DNA from: Rhodospirillales bacterium | GTDB lineage: Bacteria > Pseudomonadota > Alphaproteobacteria > JAJFIK01 | Length of the DNA: 64,000 bases | Direction: 5' to 3' | Assembly: GCA_021775005.1 (NCBI GenBank) | Contig: JAJFIK010000056.1 | Location: 27,408-91,407, forward strand | Shown: piece by piece, positions 19,651 to 29,225 of the stretch | Layout: the number at the start of each line of letters is the position of its first letter | Numbering within the stretch: position 1 is the stretch's first letter | Program-made: the position numbers and the translations under genes | The notes under the pieces: generated by a model | Told to the model about the DNA's origin: nothing | Databases searched by the model: none | The model's input: only the letters and a program-made list of their open reading frames with translations

Positions 19651-20286
19651 TCACCGCAAGCCGATGAACTTGTGGGTTTGAAGACTTAGCCGCCATTGCG
19701 GATGGGCCATACAATAATCTGCCGCTGCTTTTGTGTTGGCGGCAAGATCAGGCCCGTCCAAGGGCTGCAAAAAGAAATGGGCAAATCCCAAATGGGCGAA
19801 GTCTTCGGGCTTCGCCTTTTGTTGTGGAAAGACCAGCTTCAGCTCATTGCCGGTGATCTGCACAAGCTTGGCATCTGCCTTAGGGCTTACGGTGATCCAA
19901 TCAATAAGCTCTGGTGCGCCGAGTGTTCCATTGGTTTCAACGGCAACTTGAAACCCTTGCTCGTGAAACGCCTTCACCAGTTTGCGGTTGAGCTGCAACA
20001 AGGGCTCACCGCCGGTACAAACCACAAGAGGCGCACCGCCAACCGCACCCGGCCAGTGCGCCGCCACGGCCTCGGCAAGATCCATTTCCGTCACAAACTT
20101 GCCGCCGCCGGTGCCATCGGTGCCGACGAAATCAGTATCGCAAAATGTGCAGACCGCCCTGTGCCGATCATACTCAAGTCCGGACCAAAGGTTGCAGCCG
20201 GTAAAGCGGCAGAACACCGCCGGGCGCCCGGTTTGCGCACCCTCCCCTTGCAGGGTGTAGAAGATTTCTTTGACCGCATAGACCAT
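19651..20286 (-). CDS. queE: 7-carboxy-7-deazaguanine synthase (radical SAM)
   Basis: Start at Met69 of the track ORF ([34 protein letters not shown]). Cluster motif C-x14-C-x2-C (CNLWSGLEYDRHRAVCTFC). TGATG overlap with the queC stop at 20284-20288. Confidence 0.85.
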   Translation of the reverse strand: MVYAVKEIFYTLQGEGAQTGRPAVFCRFTGCNLWSGLEYDRHRAVCTFCDTDFVGTDGTGGGKFVTEMDLAEAVAAHWPGAVGGAPLVVCTGGEPLLQLNRKLVKAFHEQGFQVAVETNGTLGAPELIDWITVSPKADAKLVQITGNELKLVFPQQKAKPEDFAHLGFAHFFLQPLDGPDLAANTKAAADYCMAHPQWRLSLQTHKFIGLR

Positions 20287-20999
20287 CAGCGCCCGTCCAC
20301 TTGGCGATATTCTGCATAGCCCTTGGCGCGTAGATCGCAGGCCGGGCACGTGCCGCAACCATAGCCCCACGCGAAGCGATTTGAGCGATCCCCCAGGTAG
20401 CAGGTGTGGGTTTCTTCGATGATGGCGCTCACCAATGCTTCCCCGCCCAGCTGCGCAGCAAGGGCCCAGGTTTCGCCCTTGCTGATCCACATCAGCGGCG
20501 TATCGAAGGTAAAGTCGCGCGCGGTGCCCAGATTGATCGCCTTGCCCAACGCGGTGATGGTCTCATCACGGCAGTCGGGGTAGCCGGAGAAATCGGTTTC
20601 GCATACACCGCTAACAATGTGACCAAGCCCGCGGCGATAGGCAACAGCGCTCGCCAGCACATAAAAGAGTAGATTGCGGCCTGGCAGAAACGTATTGGGC
20701 AGACCAGATTCGCCCATCTTGATTTCAATGTCCTCAGTCATGGCGGTATTGCCAATGCTGCCCAAAGACCGCGCATCAAGGGGGTGATCAACCCCCAACC
20801 GCGCTGCCCATTCAGGCTTCACAGCAGCAATGGCCGCGCGCGCCTGCGGCCGGATTTCAAGCTCAATATGGTGGCGCTGGCCGTAGTCAAAGCCCACGGT
20901 TTCCACATGGGTAAAGCGATCAAGCGCCCAGGCCAGGCAGGTGGCTGAATCTTGGCCCCCGGAGAAAAGTACCAGCGCGGATTTGGTCTCATCGATCAT
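20286..20999 (-). CDS. queC: 7-cyano-7-deazaguanine synthase
   Basis: 237-aa ORF with PP-loop [11 protein letters not shown] and C-terminal Zn-cysteine cluster CYLGDR...[10 protein letters not shown]. Confidence 0.9.
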   Translation of the reverse strand: MIDETKSALVLFSGGQDSATCLAWALDRFTHVETVGFDYGQRHHIELEIRPQARAAIAAVKPEWAARLGVDHPLDARSLGSIGNTAMTEDIEIKMGESGLPNTFLPGRNLLFYVLASAVAYRRGLGHIVSGVCETDFSGYPDCRDETITALGKAINLGTARDFTFDTPLMWISKGETWALAAQLGGEALVSAIIEETHTCYLGDRSNRFAWGYGCGTCPACDLRAKGYAEYRQVDGR

Positions 21000-21066
21000 G
21001 GGCGAAGCCTATAGCACAGCGGGGGCCCTCAAAAGAAAGCCCCCGCCTGCAAATAGTCGCTCAAGC

Positions 21067-21840
21067 TTACTCGTCAGATGGCTTGCCGCCTTGCCCCAAC
21101 AGCTGCGGCATAAGAGTTGAGAAGCTATCCACGGGGAAAACAATGGTGTTGGTCTTGTTGCCGGCAATTTCCTGGAGCGCCCCAAGATACCGCAGTTGCA
21201 TGGCGCCCTTTTCCGTGGCGAGGGTCTTGGCGGCCTCAGCCAGTTTGGCCGCAGCCTGAAACTCACCGTCAGCTGAGATGACTTTTGCGCGCCGTTCGCG
21301 CTCTGCCTCAGCCTGTTTGCCGATGGTGCGGATCATGGACGGATCAAGGTCCACATGTTTGATTTCCACGTTGGAGACCTTGATCCCCCAAGCATCGGTT
21401 TGCAGGTCAATAATTTCCTGCACGTCGTGGTTCAGCTTGTCGCGTTCTTTGAGCATGTCATCCAGATCGTGCTTGCCGAGCACAGAGCGCAATGTGGTTT
21501 GCGACAGTTGGCTGGTGGCCATCATGAAATCTTCAACCTGGTTGATGGCCTTGTTGGCATCAAGCACACGGTAGTAAATCACCGCGTTGACTTTCACCGA
21601 CACGTTATCGCGCGAGATCACATCTTGCGGCGGCACGTCGTGAACGATGGTGCGCATATCCACTTTGACCATCTGCTGGACCACCGGAATCAATATGATC
21701 AGTCCGGGACCAGAAGTGGAGGTATACCGGCCAAGGGTATAAACAACAGCGCGTTCATACTCGCGCAAGATCCGAAAGATCTGCATCAAGATGAACACCA
21801 AGAAGCCAAGTCCTAGTATCGGAAATAGTAATGTACCCAT
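21067..21840 (-). CDS. SPFH/band-7 (stomatin-like) protein
   Basis: 257-aa ORF with an N-terminal TM segment, then REYERAVVYTLGRY...DVPPQDVISRDNVSVKVNAVIYYRV, typical of prokaryotic stomatins. Confidence 0.85.
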   Translation of the reverse strand: MGTLLFPILGLGFLVFILMQIFRILREYERAVVYTLGRYTSTSGPGLIILIPVVQQMVKVDMRTIVHDVPPQDVISRDNVSVKVNAVIYYRVLDANKAINQVEDFMMATSQLSQTTLRSVLGKHDLDDMLKERDKLNHDVQEIIDLQTDAWGIKVSNVEIKHVDLDPSMIRTIGKQAEAERERRAKVISADGEFQAAAKLAEAAKTLATEKGAMQLRYLGALQEIAGNKTNTIVFPVDSFSTLMPQLLGQGGKPSDE

Positions 21841-21872
21841 GGGGGTTCTCCCTTAGCAGTGGTGGTGTGCGC

Positions 21873-23336
21873 CTATCCCGGCGCAATAAGCAACGTAATA
21901 CCGTCAAGACCTTTCACAACAACGCTCTGGCCTTCAGTTAATTCGGATTTTGCACGGGCGTGCCAAGTTTCCCCGCCAAGGAAAACCAAACCGCCCTTGC
22001 CGTCCCAAGTGACAACATGGCCCCGCTTGCCGATGAGATCCTCAGGTCCGGTCGTGACTCGCTTTGCCAGCGCACCCAAAGCAAAGAGCACCAGAAAGGC
22101 GAGCGTACCCCCTAAAATAACGAGGGTTGCCAGCAACAGACGCATATCAAGACGCAGACCCGGCACGTTGGAGTCAAACAAGAAGAAGGCCCCGAGGGCG
22201 AACGACAAAAATCCCGCCGCCGCCAATATGCCGCCGGAAGTGACGAATATCTCTGCCGCCATGATCACAAGTCCGAAGATCAATAACGCCAAGCCGGTTG
22301 AAGAAAACGGAATAACGCTGAGAGAATAAAACGCCAGGATCAAACAGATCGCACCGATGATGCCGGGGAAGAAACTGCCCGGGTTGTAGAACTCAGCGAT
22401 AATGCCAATGGTGCCCAAGCTCATAAGCAGAAATGCGATATTGGGATCGGTGATGAGAACCAATAACTGCTGCACCCATGTCATGGGCAGGCGCTCAATG
22501 CTGGCACCTTCGGTATCCAGTGTCGCTTCGCCCTCGCCCAGGGTGACAACCATTCCATCCGCCGCACTCAACAACCCGTCAAGCGTGCCAATTTGATACT
22601 CAATGACGCCAAGCGCCAAAGCCTCGGTCGCACCGATACTGGCGGCCTCCCGCACCATATTCTCCGCAAATTCCACATTCCGCCCACGCATCTGCGCCAG
22701 CTCAACCGCCAACGAGACGGCATCGTTTTGCGCTTTCGCGTCCAGGGCCGTGCGCGGCGCCGTGGCGCTCTCTGGCGGCGGGGGCGCGTTCTCACCGGAT
22801 GGCTCGCCTCCTTCAGAGCCGCCCATTTGTACCGGTGTGGCGGCGCCAACCGCCGTTCCCGGCGCCATAGCGGCCACGTGGCTGGCATAGAGGATAAAGG
22901 CACCAGCACTCGCTGCCCGCGCGCCGCTGGGCGCGACATAGGTTGCCACCGGCACATCGGAGGCCAAAATCGATTGGATGATTTCGCGCATAGAGGTGTC
23001 GAGGCCACCAGGGGTGTCCATCTCAAGCACGATGAGGCGCGAATCCTGAGACTTCTCAATCCCTTGGGTGATGTAACGCGCCAGCGCAGGGCCAATGGGG
23101 CCTTGGAGGTCCAACACGACCACACGGTCGGTTACGCTAGGCAGCAGGGCTTCAAGACCGCCAGAAACTTCATCTGCAGGCGCATCGGTTTCAACCGCTT
23201 GGGGTTCGGGGGCCGCTTCCCCATCTTGGGCGCGCGGTCCGGCTGCCCAGCTAAATAGCCCCAGCATGAGAAGCAACGCCCCAACGCCAAGGCGCGCAAC
23301 CTTCGCGCGACTGACAACAGCAGATTGATGCCCCAT
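21873..23336 (-). CDS. NfeD-family membrane-bound ClpP-class serine protease
   Basis: 487-aa ORF with a ClpP-like N-terminal domain (LEMDTPGGLDTSMREI...SAGAFILYAS), a multi-TM middle region and a C-terminal OB-fold-like tail (GKRGHVVTW...GETWHARA). It lies upstream of the stomatin gene, the classic pairing. Confidence 0.8.
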   Translation of the reverse strand: MGHQSAVVSRAKVARLGVGALLLMLGLFSWAAGPRAQDGEAAPEPQAVETDAPADEVSGGLEALLPSVTDRVVVLDLQGPIGPALARYITQGIEKSQDSRLIVLEMDTPGGLDTSMREIIQSILASDVPVATYVAPSGARAASAGAFILYASHVAAMAPGTAVGAATPVQMGGSEGGEPSGENAPPPPESATAPRTALDAKAQNDAVSLAVELAQMRGRNVEFAENMVREAASIGATEALALGVIEYQIGTLDGLLSAADGMVVTLGEGEATLDTEGASIERLPMTWVQQLLVLITDPNIAFLLMSLGTIGIIAEFYNPGSFFPGIIGAICLILAFYSLSVIPFSSTGLALLIFGLVIMAAEIFVTSGGILAAAGFLSFALGAFFLFDSNVPGLRLDMRLLLATLVILGGTLAFLVLFALGALAKRVTTGPEDLIGKRGHVVTWDGKGGLVFLGGETWHARAKSELTEGQSVVVKGLDGITLLIAPG

Positions 23337-23446
23337 GCGGCCCTCTCCTTCGCTAACAAAGTTGGTAGCATACTATATGGGAAGAATACCGCTGATTGTC
23401 ACGAGATTGTGGTGATTAGAACGGCCAAAGAAGCCAGATATGGGGG

Positions 23447-25063
23447 TCAAGCGGCGTTTCGCGCGGCGGAGACCGGCAAATCAATCCAGAACGTGCTGCC
23501 GCGTCCCAATTCGCTTTCAACACCCAGCGTCGCATTCATTCGCTCAGCCAAGCCTTTGCAAATCGCCAAGCCCAAGCCAGAACCACCAAATTCGCGAGTC
23601 ACTGAGTTGTCGCCTTGTTCAAAGCGTCGGAACAACCGTTGGCGCACATCATCTGGAATGCCCGGACCGGTGTCGGCCACGGAAAGGCGGACCCGGCCAT
23701 TTGGCGTCGGCACAGCGGAGATGGTCACGCTGCCGTCAGCGGTAAATTTGATGGCGTTCGATAGAAAATTGTTGAGGATCTGCCGAAGGCGATTGGAGTC
23801 GCCTCGAACGGTAAGGGGTACCTTCCCTCCATCACCCACAAGCAAGTCAATCCCCTTCTGAGCTGCCAATGGTGCAAAGAACTGGCGCACTTCCGTTAAG
23901 ATCGAAGTCGGATCAACGTCAGCGATTTCAACATCGACCTTGCTAGCTTCAAGCCGGGAAAGGTCAAGAATATCGTTAAGCACATTCATTAGTGACTCAG
24001 CCGAACCGTAAGCGATTTTGACCCACTCGCTCTGCTCTTCGTTTACATCGGATTGTCCCAACATTTGCAGCATGCCCATGACAGCATTCATGGGGGTGCG
24101 AATCTCATGGCTCATATTGGCAAGGAACGCTGATTTTGCCTCGCTTGCAGCGAGCGCCTTTTGTGTGGCGAGTTGAAGATCATCAACGTCTGTAATGGTG
24201 CCGAGCATGCGAATGGCCCGGCCATCTGCTGATCGCGTTGTTCGCGCCCGCGCCCGATACCATCGATAATGCCCATCACGGTGTTTCATACGGACCGTAA
24301 AATCAAATGGTCTGTCCCCCGTAACCTCATCACGGATGGCACTGGAAGCCCTTTCACGCTCTTCTGGGTGGACGATTTCGATCCAGGACTCAAAGATGTT
24401 AGGGAGCTCTTGCTCGCTATAACCAAGCATCTCGCGGCAAAAGTTGTCAAAGCGAACGTCGTCGCTGGATATATCCCAATCCCAGATCCCTGTGCCGGAC
24501 CCTACAAGTGCCATTTGCAGCCGCTCGGCGGCGTCCATTCGATCAATCTCAGAAGCAATCTGTGGCGCGAAATGACGCAGCACAGACTCGATCAAATCCG
24601 CATCTTTGTTGGGATCCCTGAACAAGAACGAATAAACGCCCAAAAACGTGCCATCAAGCCCGATTAGGGGCGCACCGGCGTAGCCGCAGACTTCAAGTTC
24701 AACCAAGTCTTTATCATCGGGGAAGCCCTCTTGCAGCCCACTAAGCTGAACAAAGACTTCCCGCCCCTCCAGCACGACTTGGCAGGGCGTGCCTTTAAAT
24801 GCGTAGGAAAACTCCGTGATTTGATCATCAACGTCATAGAACACGATGGTGACCGCCTCGGTCGAATTGGATTTGGCCCGGCTAATGAATGCCATGTCAG
24901 CGCCAATAATTTCGGCAGCTTCTACCACTACATTTCTGAGAAATCGGTCGCTGGATTGGGCCTGCAAACGGTCGTCGCCGACGCGCTTTACGATATTGTC
25001 GAGCTTGCGCGCGATCTCGTGCCAGTGTGCTGTATCCTGTTGCATTTGCCGTTTTCCAGGCAT
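23447..25063 (-). CDS. Cytoplasmic sensor histidine kinase (GAF-PAS-HisKA-HATPase)
   Basis: 538-aa ORF. H-box SHEIRTPMNAVMG, N-box LNNFLSNAIKFT, G-boxes DTGPGIP and GGSGLGLAICK. No receiver domain and no adjacent response regulator. Confidence 0.85.
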   Translation of the reverse strand: MPGKRQMQQDTAHWHEIARKLDNIVKRVGDDRLQAQSSDRFLRNVVVEAAEIIGADMAFISRAKSNSTEAVTIVFYDVDDQITEFSYAFKGTPCQVVLEGREVFVQLSGLQEGFPDDKDLVELEVCGYAGAPLIGLDGTFLGVYSFLFRDPNKDADLIESVLRHFAPQIASEIDRMDAAERLQMALVGSGTGIWDWDISSDDVRFDNFCREMLGYSEQELPNIFESWIEIVHPEERERASSAIRDEVTGDRPFDFTVRMKHRDGHYRWYRARARTTRSADGRAIRMLGTITDVDDLQLATQKALAASEAKSAFLANMSHEIRTPMNAVMGMLQMLGQSDVNEEQSEWVKIAYGSAESLMNVLNDILDLSRLEASKVDVEIADVDPTSILTEVRQFFAPLAAQKGIDLLVGDGGKVPLTVRGDSNRLRQILNNFLSNAIKFTADGSVTISAVPTPNGRVRLSVADTGPGIPDDVRQRLFRRFEQGDNSVTREFGGSGLGLAICKGLAERMNATLGVESELGRGSTFWIDLPVSAARNAA

Positions 25064-25212
25064 TCCACATCCCCTTGCGAGTGGTCAGGTCGCCAGTATT
25101 TCCCAATTTGGTTTAGGAGCCCCTAATTGAGCGGAAACAAGGGGTTAAAGCTGGACAAATTGGCCCGATCAGGGGAAGACACTCTGCCCCAATAGATGCT
25201 GGAACCTGAGCT

Positions 25213-25830
25213 TTGATCATTTCTCACAAGCACAAATTCATTTTTGTAAAGACCCGCAAAACTGCTGGAACCTCCATCGAGGTGACGCTTTCGAAATATT
25301 GCGGACCGAGCGATGTGGTCACAGAAATTGCGCCGCGAGAAAAAGGACATACGGCCCGCAATTTCTGGATCGACAAAGCGCGCGGGGTGAAGTTCTACAA
25401 TCATATGCCCGCGACCGAGATCCGTGCCCTGATCGGTGACCAGACGTGGAACAGCTATTTCAAATTTTGCGTTGAGCGGCATCCCTATCTCAAGACGATC
25501 TCGCTCTTTCACATGCATCGGCACAACCAATCCGGCGACAAGAGCCAATACACGTTTGAAAATTGGCTGCGACCGGACAACGCGCCTTCGGATTTCTTCA
25601 TGTATGCCGATGAGCGCGACAAGCTGATTGTCGACCGCGTAATCCGTTACAAAGACCTGGAGCGGGGATTCGCCGAAGTTTGCGAGCAGCTTGGCCTGCC
25701 CTGCCGCGAGATCGAGGCCCGCGCCAAGGCTGATTCTGAGAAAGTGCCGGTTGAACTGACCGCCCCCCAGCGGGCTTTTCTAGACGAGCAATTCGCCAAG
25801 GAATTCGCCCATTTCAACTTTGCCCGCTAG
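25213..25830 (+). CDS. Sulfotransferase family protein
   Basis: 205-aa ORF with a TTG start. The N-terminus (M)IISHKHKFIFVKTRKTAGTSIE matches the PAPS-binding 5'-PSB loop of the sulfotransferase-2 family. Its 5' part has low G+C. Confidence 0.65.
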   Translation: MIISHKHKFIFVKTRKTAGTSIEVTLSKYCGPSDVVTEIAPREKGHTARNFWIDKARGVKFYNHMPATEIRALIGDQTWNSYFKFCVERHPYLKTISLFHMHRHNQSGDKSQYTFENWLRPDNAPSDFFMYADERDKLIVDRVIRYKDLERGFAEVCEQLGLPCREIEARAKADSEKVPVELTAPQRAFLDEQFAKEFAHFNFAR

Positions 25831-25934
25831 GGTGAGCTCAACGCCCTTTGCCTTACTCTCACCATTTGCTATGAGCGTCTGCTTTCCCGCCCCCACTAGG
25901 GCCGCGGGATTTTCCGAATCCAGGAGTTTTAGCC

Positions 25935-28900
25935 ATGTTCAATGATGTCTCCCCCAAAGTCAGCTTTCCCGAGCTGGAGGAGAAGATTCTGGCTGCCTGG
26001 AATGCGGCGGACATAAAACGCAAAGCCATCGCCAAAGACGGCGGCAAAGGCGAGTGGGTGTTCTATGAAGGCCCGCCAACAGCAAATGGCAAGCCCGGTA
26101 TTCACCACGTCTCATCGCGTTCGGTCAAAGACCTCTATTGCCGCTTCAAAACTATGCAGGGCTATCACGTGGACCGCCGCGGCGGCTGGGACACCCATGG
26201 TCTGCCGGTGGAGATCGAAGTTGAAAAGAAGATCCAATCGCGCGGCAAGCAGGACGTACTTAAATATGGCATCGAAAAATTTAACGCCCTCTGCAAAGAG
26301 AGCGTCTGGGAATATATGCAGGATTGGAACTCCCTGACCGACCGCATTGCGTTTTGGGTCGATCTTGATCGCGCCTACATCACCTATAAGAATGACTACA
26401 TCGAAACTGAATGGTGGATCCTCAAGAATTTCTTTGAGCGCGGCCTTCTCTACGAAGACTACAAAACTACAATGCATTGCCCGCGCTGCGATACCTCGCT
26501 GGCTGACCACGAAGTCAGTCAGGGCATGAAAGAAGATGTGGATGATCCAGCCGTCTGGGTGAAGTTCGCCTTGCGCAAAGATGGCTTGGTCGAGCGCGGA
26601 TTGATCGCCGCTGACGAGAGCCGACCCGTTTCGCTGATGGCATGGACCACCACACCTTGGACCCTTGGCGCTAACGTCGGCCTCTCGGTCTCCAAGGAGA
26701 CGACTTATGTGGCCGTCGCTGCGCGCGGGCAACATGGCCGCGAAGAGGCACCTCAAGAGCTCATAATCGTCGCCAAGCCCTTGGTTGAAGCCGTGTTTAC
26801 CGATGAAGAAACCGAAATCGCGTTTGAATTGAAACCGCAGGATCTTGTTGGCCTTAGGTATGAACCGGTGCTCTGCGGTGAAGCGCCCAGCGACACCAAT
26901 ATGGACAACATCTACACCGTCTTTATTGACGAGATGGTGGAAGTGGACACCGGCACAGGCGTTATCCACAACGCAACCGCCTATGGGGATATGGAAGTTG
27001 GTGACCGCCATGACTTGCCGGTTCTTTTCTCGGTGGGTCGTGACGGTAAAATGCTGCCCGGATTGAGGTTTCCTGATGGGGCGGAGGGCGATGGCCCATA
27101 CACCGGACTGTTCTTTAAGGACGCGGATAAGCAGATCATTCGCGATCTCAAAGACCGCGGCACGCTTTATCGATCCGCCCGCATCAAGCACGCCTATCCC
27201 CATTGCTGGCGCGATGACACACCGCTTTTGTTCTATGCCAAGACCAGCTGGTACATCCGCACCACAGCGGTGAAGGACAAGCTGCTATCCAACAACCAAG
27301 CCATCAATTGGGTTCCCGACCACGTCAAGCAAGGGCGCTTTGGCCGGTGGCTTGAAAATAATATCGATTGGGCCATCAGCCGCGAACGCTTTTGGGGCTG
27401 CCCGCTTCCCATCTGGAAGGCCGAAGATGGCACCTGCATTTGTGTCGGTTCAGTACAAGAACTTTCAGACTTAACCGGCCAGGACCAATCGGCGCTCGAC
27501 CTACATCGACCTTACGTGGATGACATTACCTTTGAGAAAGACGGCAAGACTTATCGCCGCGAAGAACAAACCATCGATGTGTGGTTTGATTCTGGTGCCA
27601 TGCCTTATGCCCAATGGCACTACCCCTTTGAAGAGCCCGAGAAATTTGCCGACCGCTTTCCCGCAGACTTTATCTCTGAGGCCATGGACCAGACGCGGGG
27701 GTGGTTTTATTCGCTCCACGCGATTTCGACGCTGCTCACCTTTGGCGGCAATGACGAGGTCCCCGCAGGGCCATTGGCTGATATCGCGAGCAATGTCTCA
27801 TCATTTAAAAATGTCGTGGCCCTTGGGTTCATCAATGACGCCGAAGGGCGCAAAATGTCCAAAACCCGCGGCAACACGGTGGACCCGTGGGATGTGATTG
27901 GCACCGAAGGTTGCGACCCTTTGCGCTGGTACATTCTTTCTGACAATGCGCCGGGCACAAATCTCTCATTCAAGCGCAAGGATATTTCCCAAGTTCACAT
28001 GGGATTTTTCGTGACGCTGTGGAATGTCTATTCATTCTTTGTGACCTACGCGAATATCGCCAAGCCAGATTTGAATGCGAAATTGGACCAAACTGAGCGG
28101 CCGGAGATCGATCGCTGGCTCGATTCAAAGCGTCATCAACTAATCCAGAATGTTACCGCAGCGTTGGAAGCATTTGACGCGCCGCGCGCCACCAGCCTGA
28201 TCTCAGATTTTGTCGATACGCATCTTTCCAATTGGTATGTGCGCCGCAACCGCCGTCGCTTTTGGGGCGGCAGCGAGTTGAATGCGGACGATGCCAATTC
28301 CGGTTTCCGCGCCCTTTATGACGCGCTCATGGCGGTCGTGAAGCTAATGGCCCCGATGGCGCCGTTCGTATCGGAAGCGATCTATAGCAATCTGGCAAGC
28401 GCTGGCGACGCCAAAGAATCCATCCACCTGGATAACTGGCCCATTGCCGATGAGAGCATGATCGACGCATCCCTTAACGAGGCAATGGACCTGGTGCTGC
28501 GACTGGTTTATCTCGGTCGCTCGGCCCGGTCCGGCGCGAACATTCGCTTGCGCCAACCACTGCGACAGGTGTTCCTGCGTCTTGCCAAGGAAAGCGATCG
28601 CCAGATCCTTGATCGTTATGCGGAGATCATCAAAGAAGAGCTGAATGTGGGCGCATTGGTGGTGCTCGATCCGTCTGCTCTTGAGCAATATGTGGACTAT
28701 GCCCTGCGACCCAACTTCCAAACTTTGGGCAAGCGCCTTGGCAAAAAAGTTCCTGCCTTCCGCAAAACCGTCTCCGACCCGCAAGTTATTGCTTCAACCG
28801 TCGATGCCATCTTAGGCAAGCGCGAGATTAAATTGAGCGTTGATGGCGAAGACATGGTGTTTGAGGCTGATGACTTTCTGCTGGATGTGAAAGGCAAGGC

Positions 28901-29225
28901 AGGCTTTGCCACTTCTTTTGGTGAAGGGTATCTCATCGCTCTTGATACAGAACTAGATGAAGAGTTGATTGAAGCGGCGCGCCTGCGCGAGTTTCTCCGC
29001 CAGGCCCAAGACGCCCGACGCCGCGCAGGATTTGCCATTACAGATCGTATTCATATCGGCATAGAGGGCGTGAAGGCTGCCGAATTCCTTGCGCGCCACC
29101 AAGCAACGCTCTCTGCGGAACTATTGGCAACGGAGATTAAGCAAGCGGCGCTCGCGGGTGCAGAGATTTCAGAAGAAGTCGATCTTGATGGCGTCGAACT
29201 GACGTTTTCGTTGAAACGGGCCTAG
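25935..29225 (+). CDS. ileS: Isoleucine--tRNA ligase, long Thermus-like/type-2-like form
   Basis: 1096-aa ORF behind CAGGAG. YEGPPTANGKPGIHHV (HIGH region), GWDTHGLPVEIEVEKK, CPRCDTSLADHEV, KMSKTRGN (KMSKS). The N-terminal 200 aa align by eye with my memory of Thermus thermophilus IleRS. Confidence 0.9.
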   Translation: MFNDVSPKVSFPELEEKILAAWNAADIKRKAIAKDGGKGEWVFYEGPPTANGKPGIHHVSSRSVKDLYCRFKTMQGYHVDRRGGWDTHGLPVEIEVEKKIQSRGKQDVLKYGIEKFNALCKESVWEYMQDWNSLTDRIAFWVDLDRAYITYKNDYIETEWWILKNFFERGLLYEDYKTTMHCPRCDTSLADHEVSQGMKEDVDDPAVWVKFALRKDGLVERGLIAADESRPVSLMAWTTTPWTLGANVGLSVSKETTYVAVAARGQHGREEAPQELIIVAKPLVEAVFTDEETEIAFELKPQDLVGLRYEPVLCGEAPSDTNMDNIYTVFIDEMVEVDTGTGVIHNATAYGDMEVGDRHDLPVLFSVGRDGKMLPGLRFPDGAEGDGPYTGLFFKDADKQIIRDLKDRGTLYRSARIKHAYPHCWRDDTPLLFYAKTSWYIRTTAVKDKLLSNNQAINWVPDHVKQGRFGRWLENNIDWAISRERFWGCPLPIWKAEDGTCICVGSVQELSDLTGQDQSALDLHRPYVDDITFEKDGKTYRREEQTIDVWFDSGAMPYAQWHYPFEEPEKFADRFPADFISEAMDQTRGWFYSLHAISTLLTFGGNDEVPAGPLADIASNVSSFKNVVALGFINDAEGRKMSKTRGNTVDPWDVIGTEGCDPLRWYILSDNAPGTNLSFKRKDISQVHMGFFVTLWNVYSFFVTYANIAKPDLNAKLDQTERPEIDRWLDSKRHQLIQNVTAALEAFDAPRATSLISDFVDTHLSNWYVRRNRRRFWGGSELNADDANSGFRALYDALMAVVKLMAPMAPFVSEAIYSNLASAGDAKESIHLDNWPIADESMIDASLNEAMDLVLRLVYLGRSARSGANIRLRQPLRQVFLRLAKESDRQILDRYAEIIKEELNVGALVVLDPSALEQYVDYALRPNFQTLGKRLGKKVPAFRKTVSDPQVIASTVDAILGKREIKLSVDGEDMVFEADDFLLDVKGKAGFATSFGEGYLIALDTELDEELIEAARLREFLRQAQDARRRAGFAITDRIHIGIEGVKAAEFLARHQATLSAELLATEIKQAALAGAEISEEVDLDGVELTFSLKRA

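Noticed and set aside
21000-21066. Possible preQ1 riboswitch upstream of queC.
   Set aside because: There is only an 8-bp GC hairpin with a 12-nt loop. No A-rich tail or pseudoknot pattern of preQ1-I/II is visible, and the region is just 67 nt.
25123-25548. 141-aa minus-strand ORF overlapping the sulfotransferase gene.
   Set aside because: It has no motifs. The plus-strand ORF carries the PAPS-loop signature, so this is a shadow ORF.
26112-27203. Long antisense ORFs inside well-supported genes. Examples: 26112-27203 in ileS, 3770-4501 in moxR, 10308-11027 in the SDR, 14681-15481 in the diiron gene, 45942-46565 in cysQ, 52871-53596 in serA, and 56877-57611 in thiD/glmM.
   Set aside because: Such mirror ORFs are expected in G+C-rich DNA. 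Their translations are Arg/Ala/Pro/Gly-rich without motifs, while the opposite strand carries unmistakable conserved proteins.
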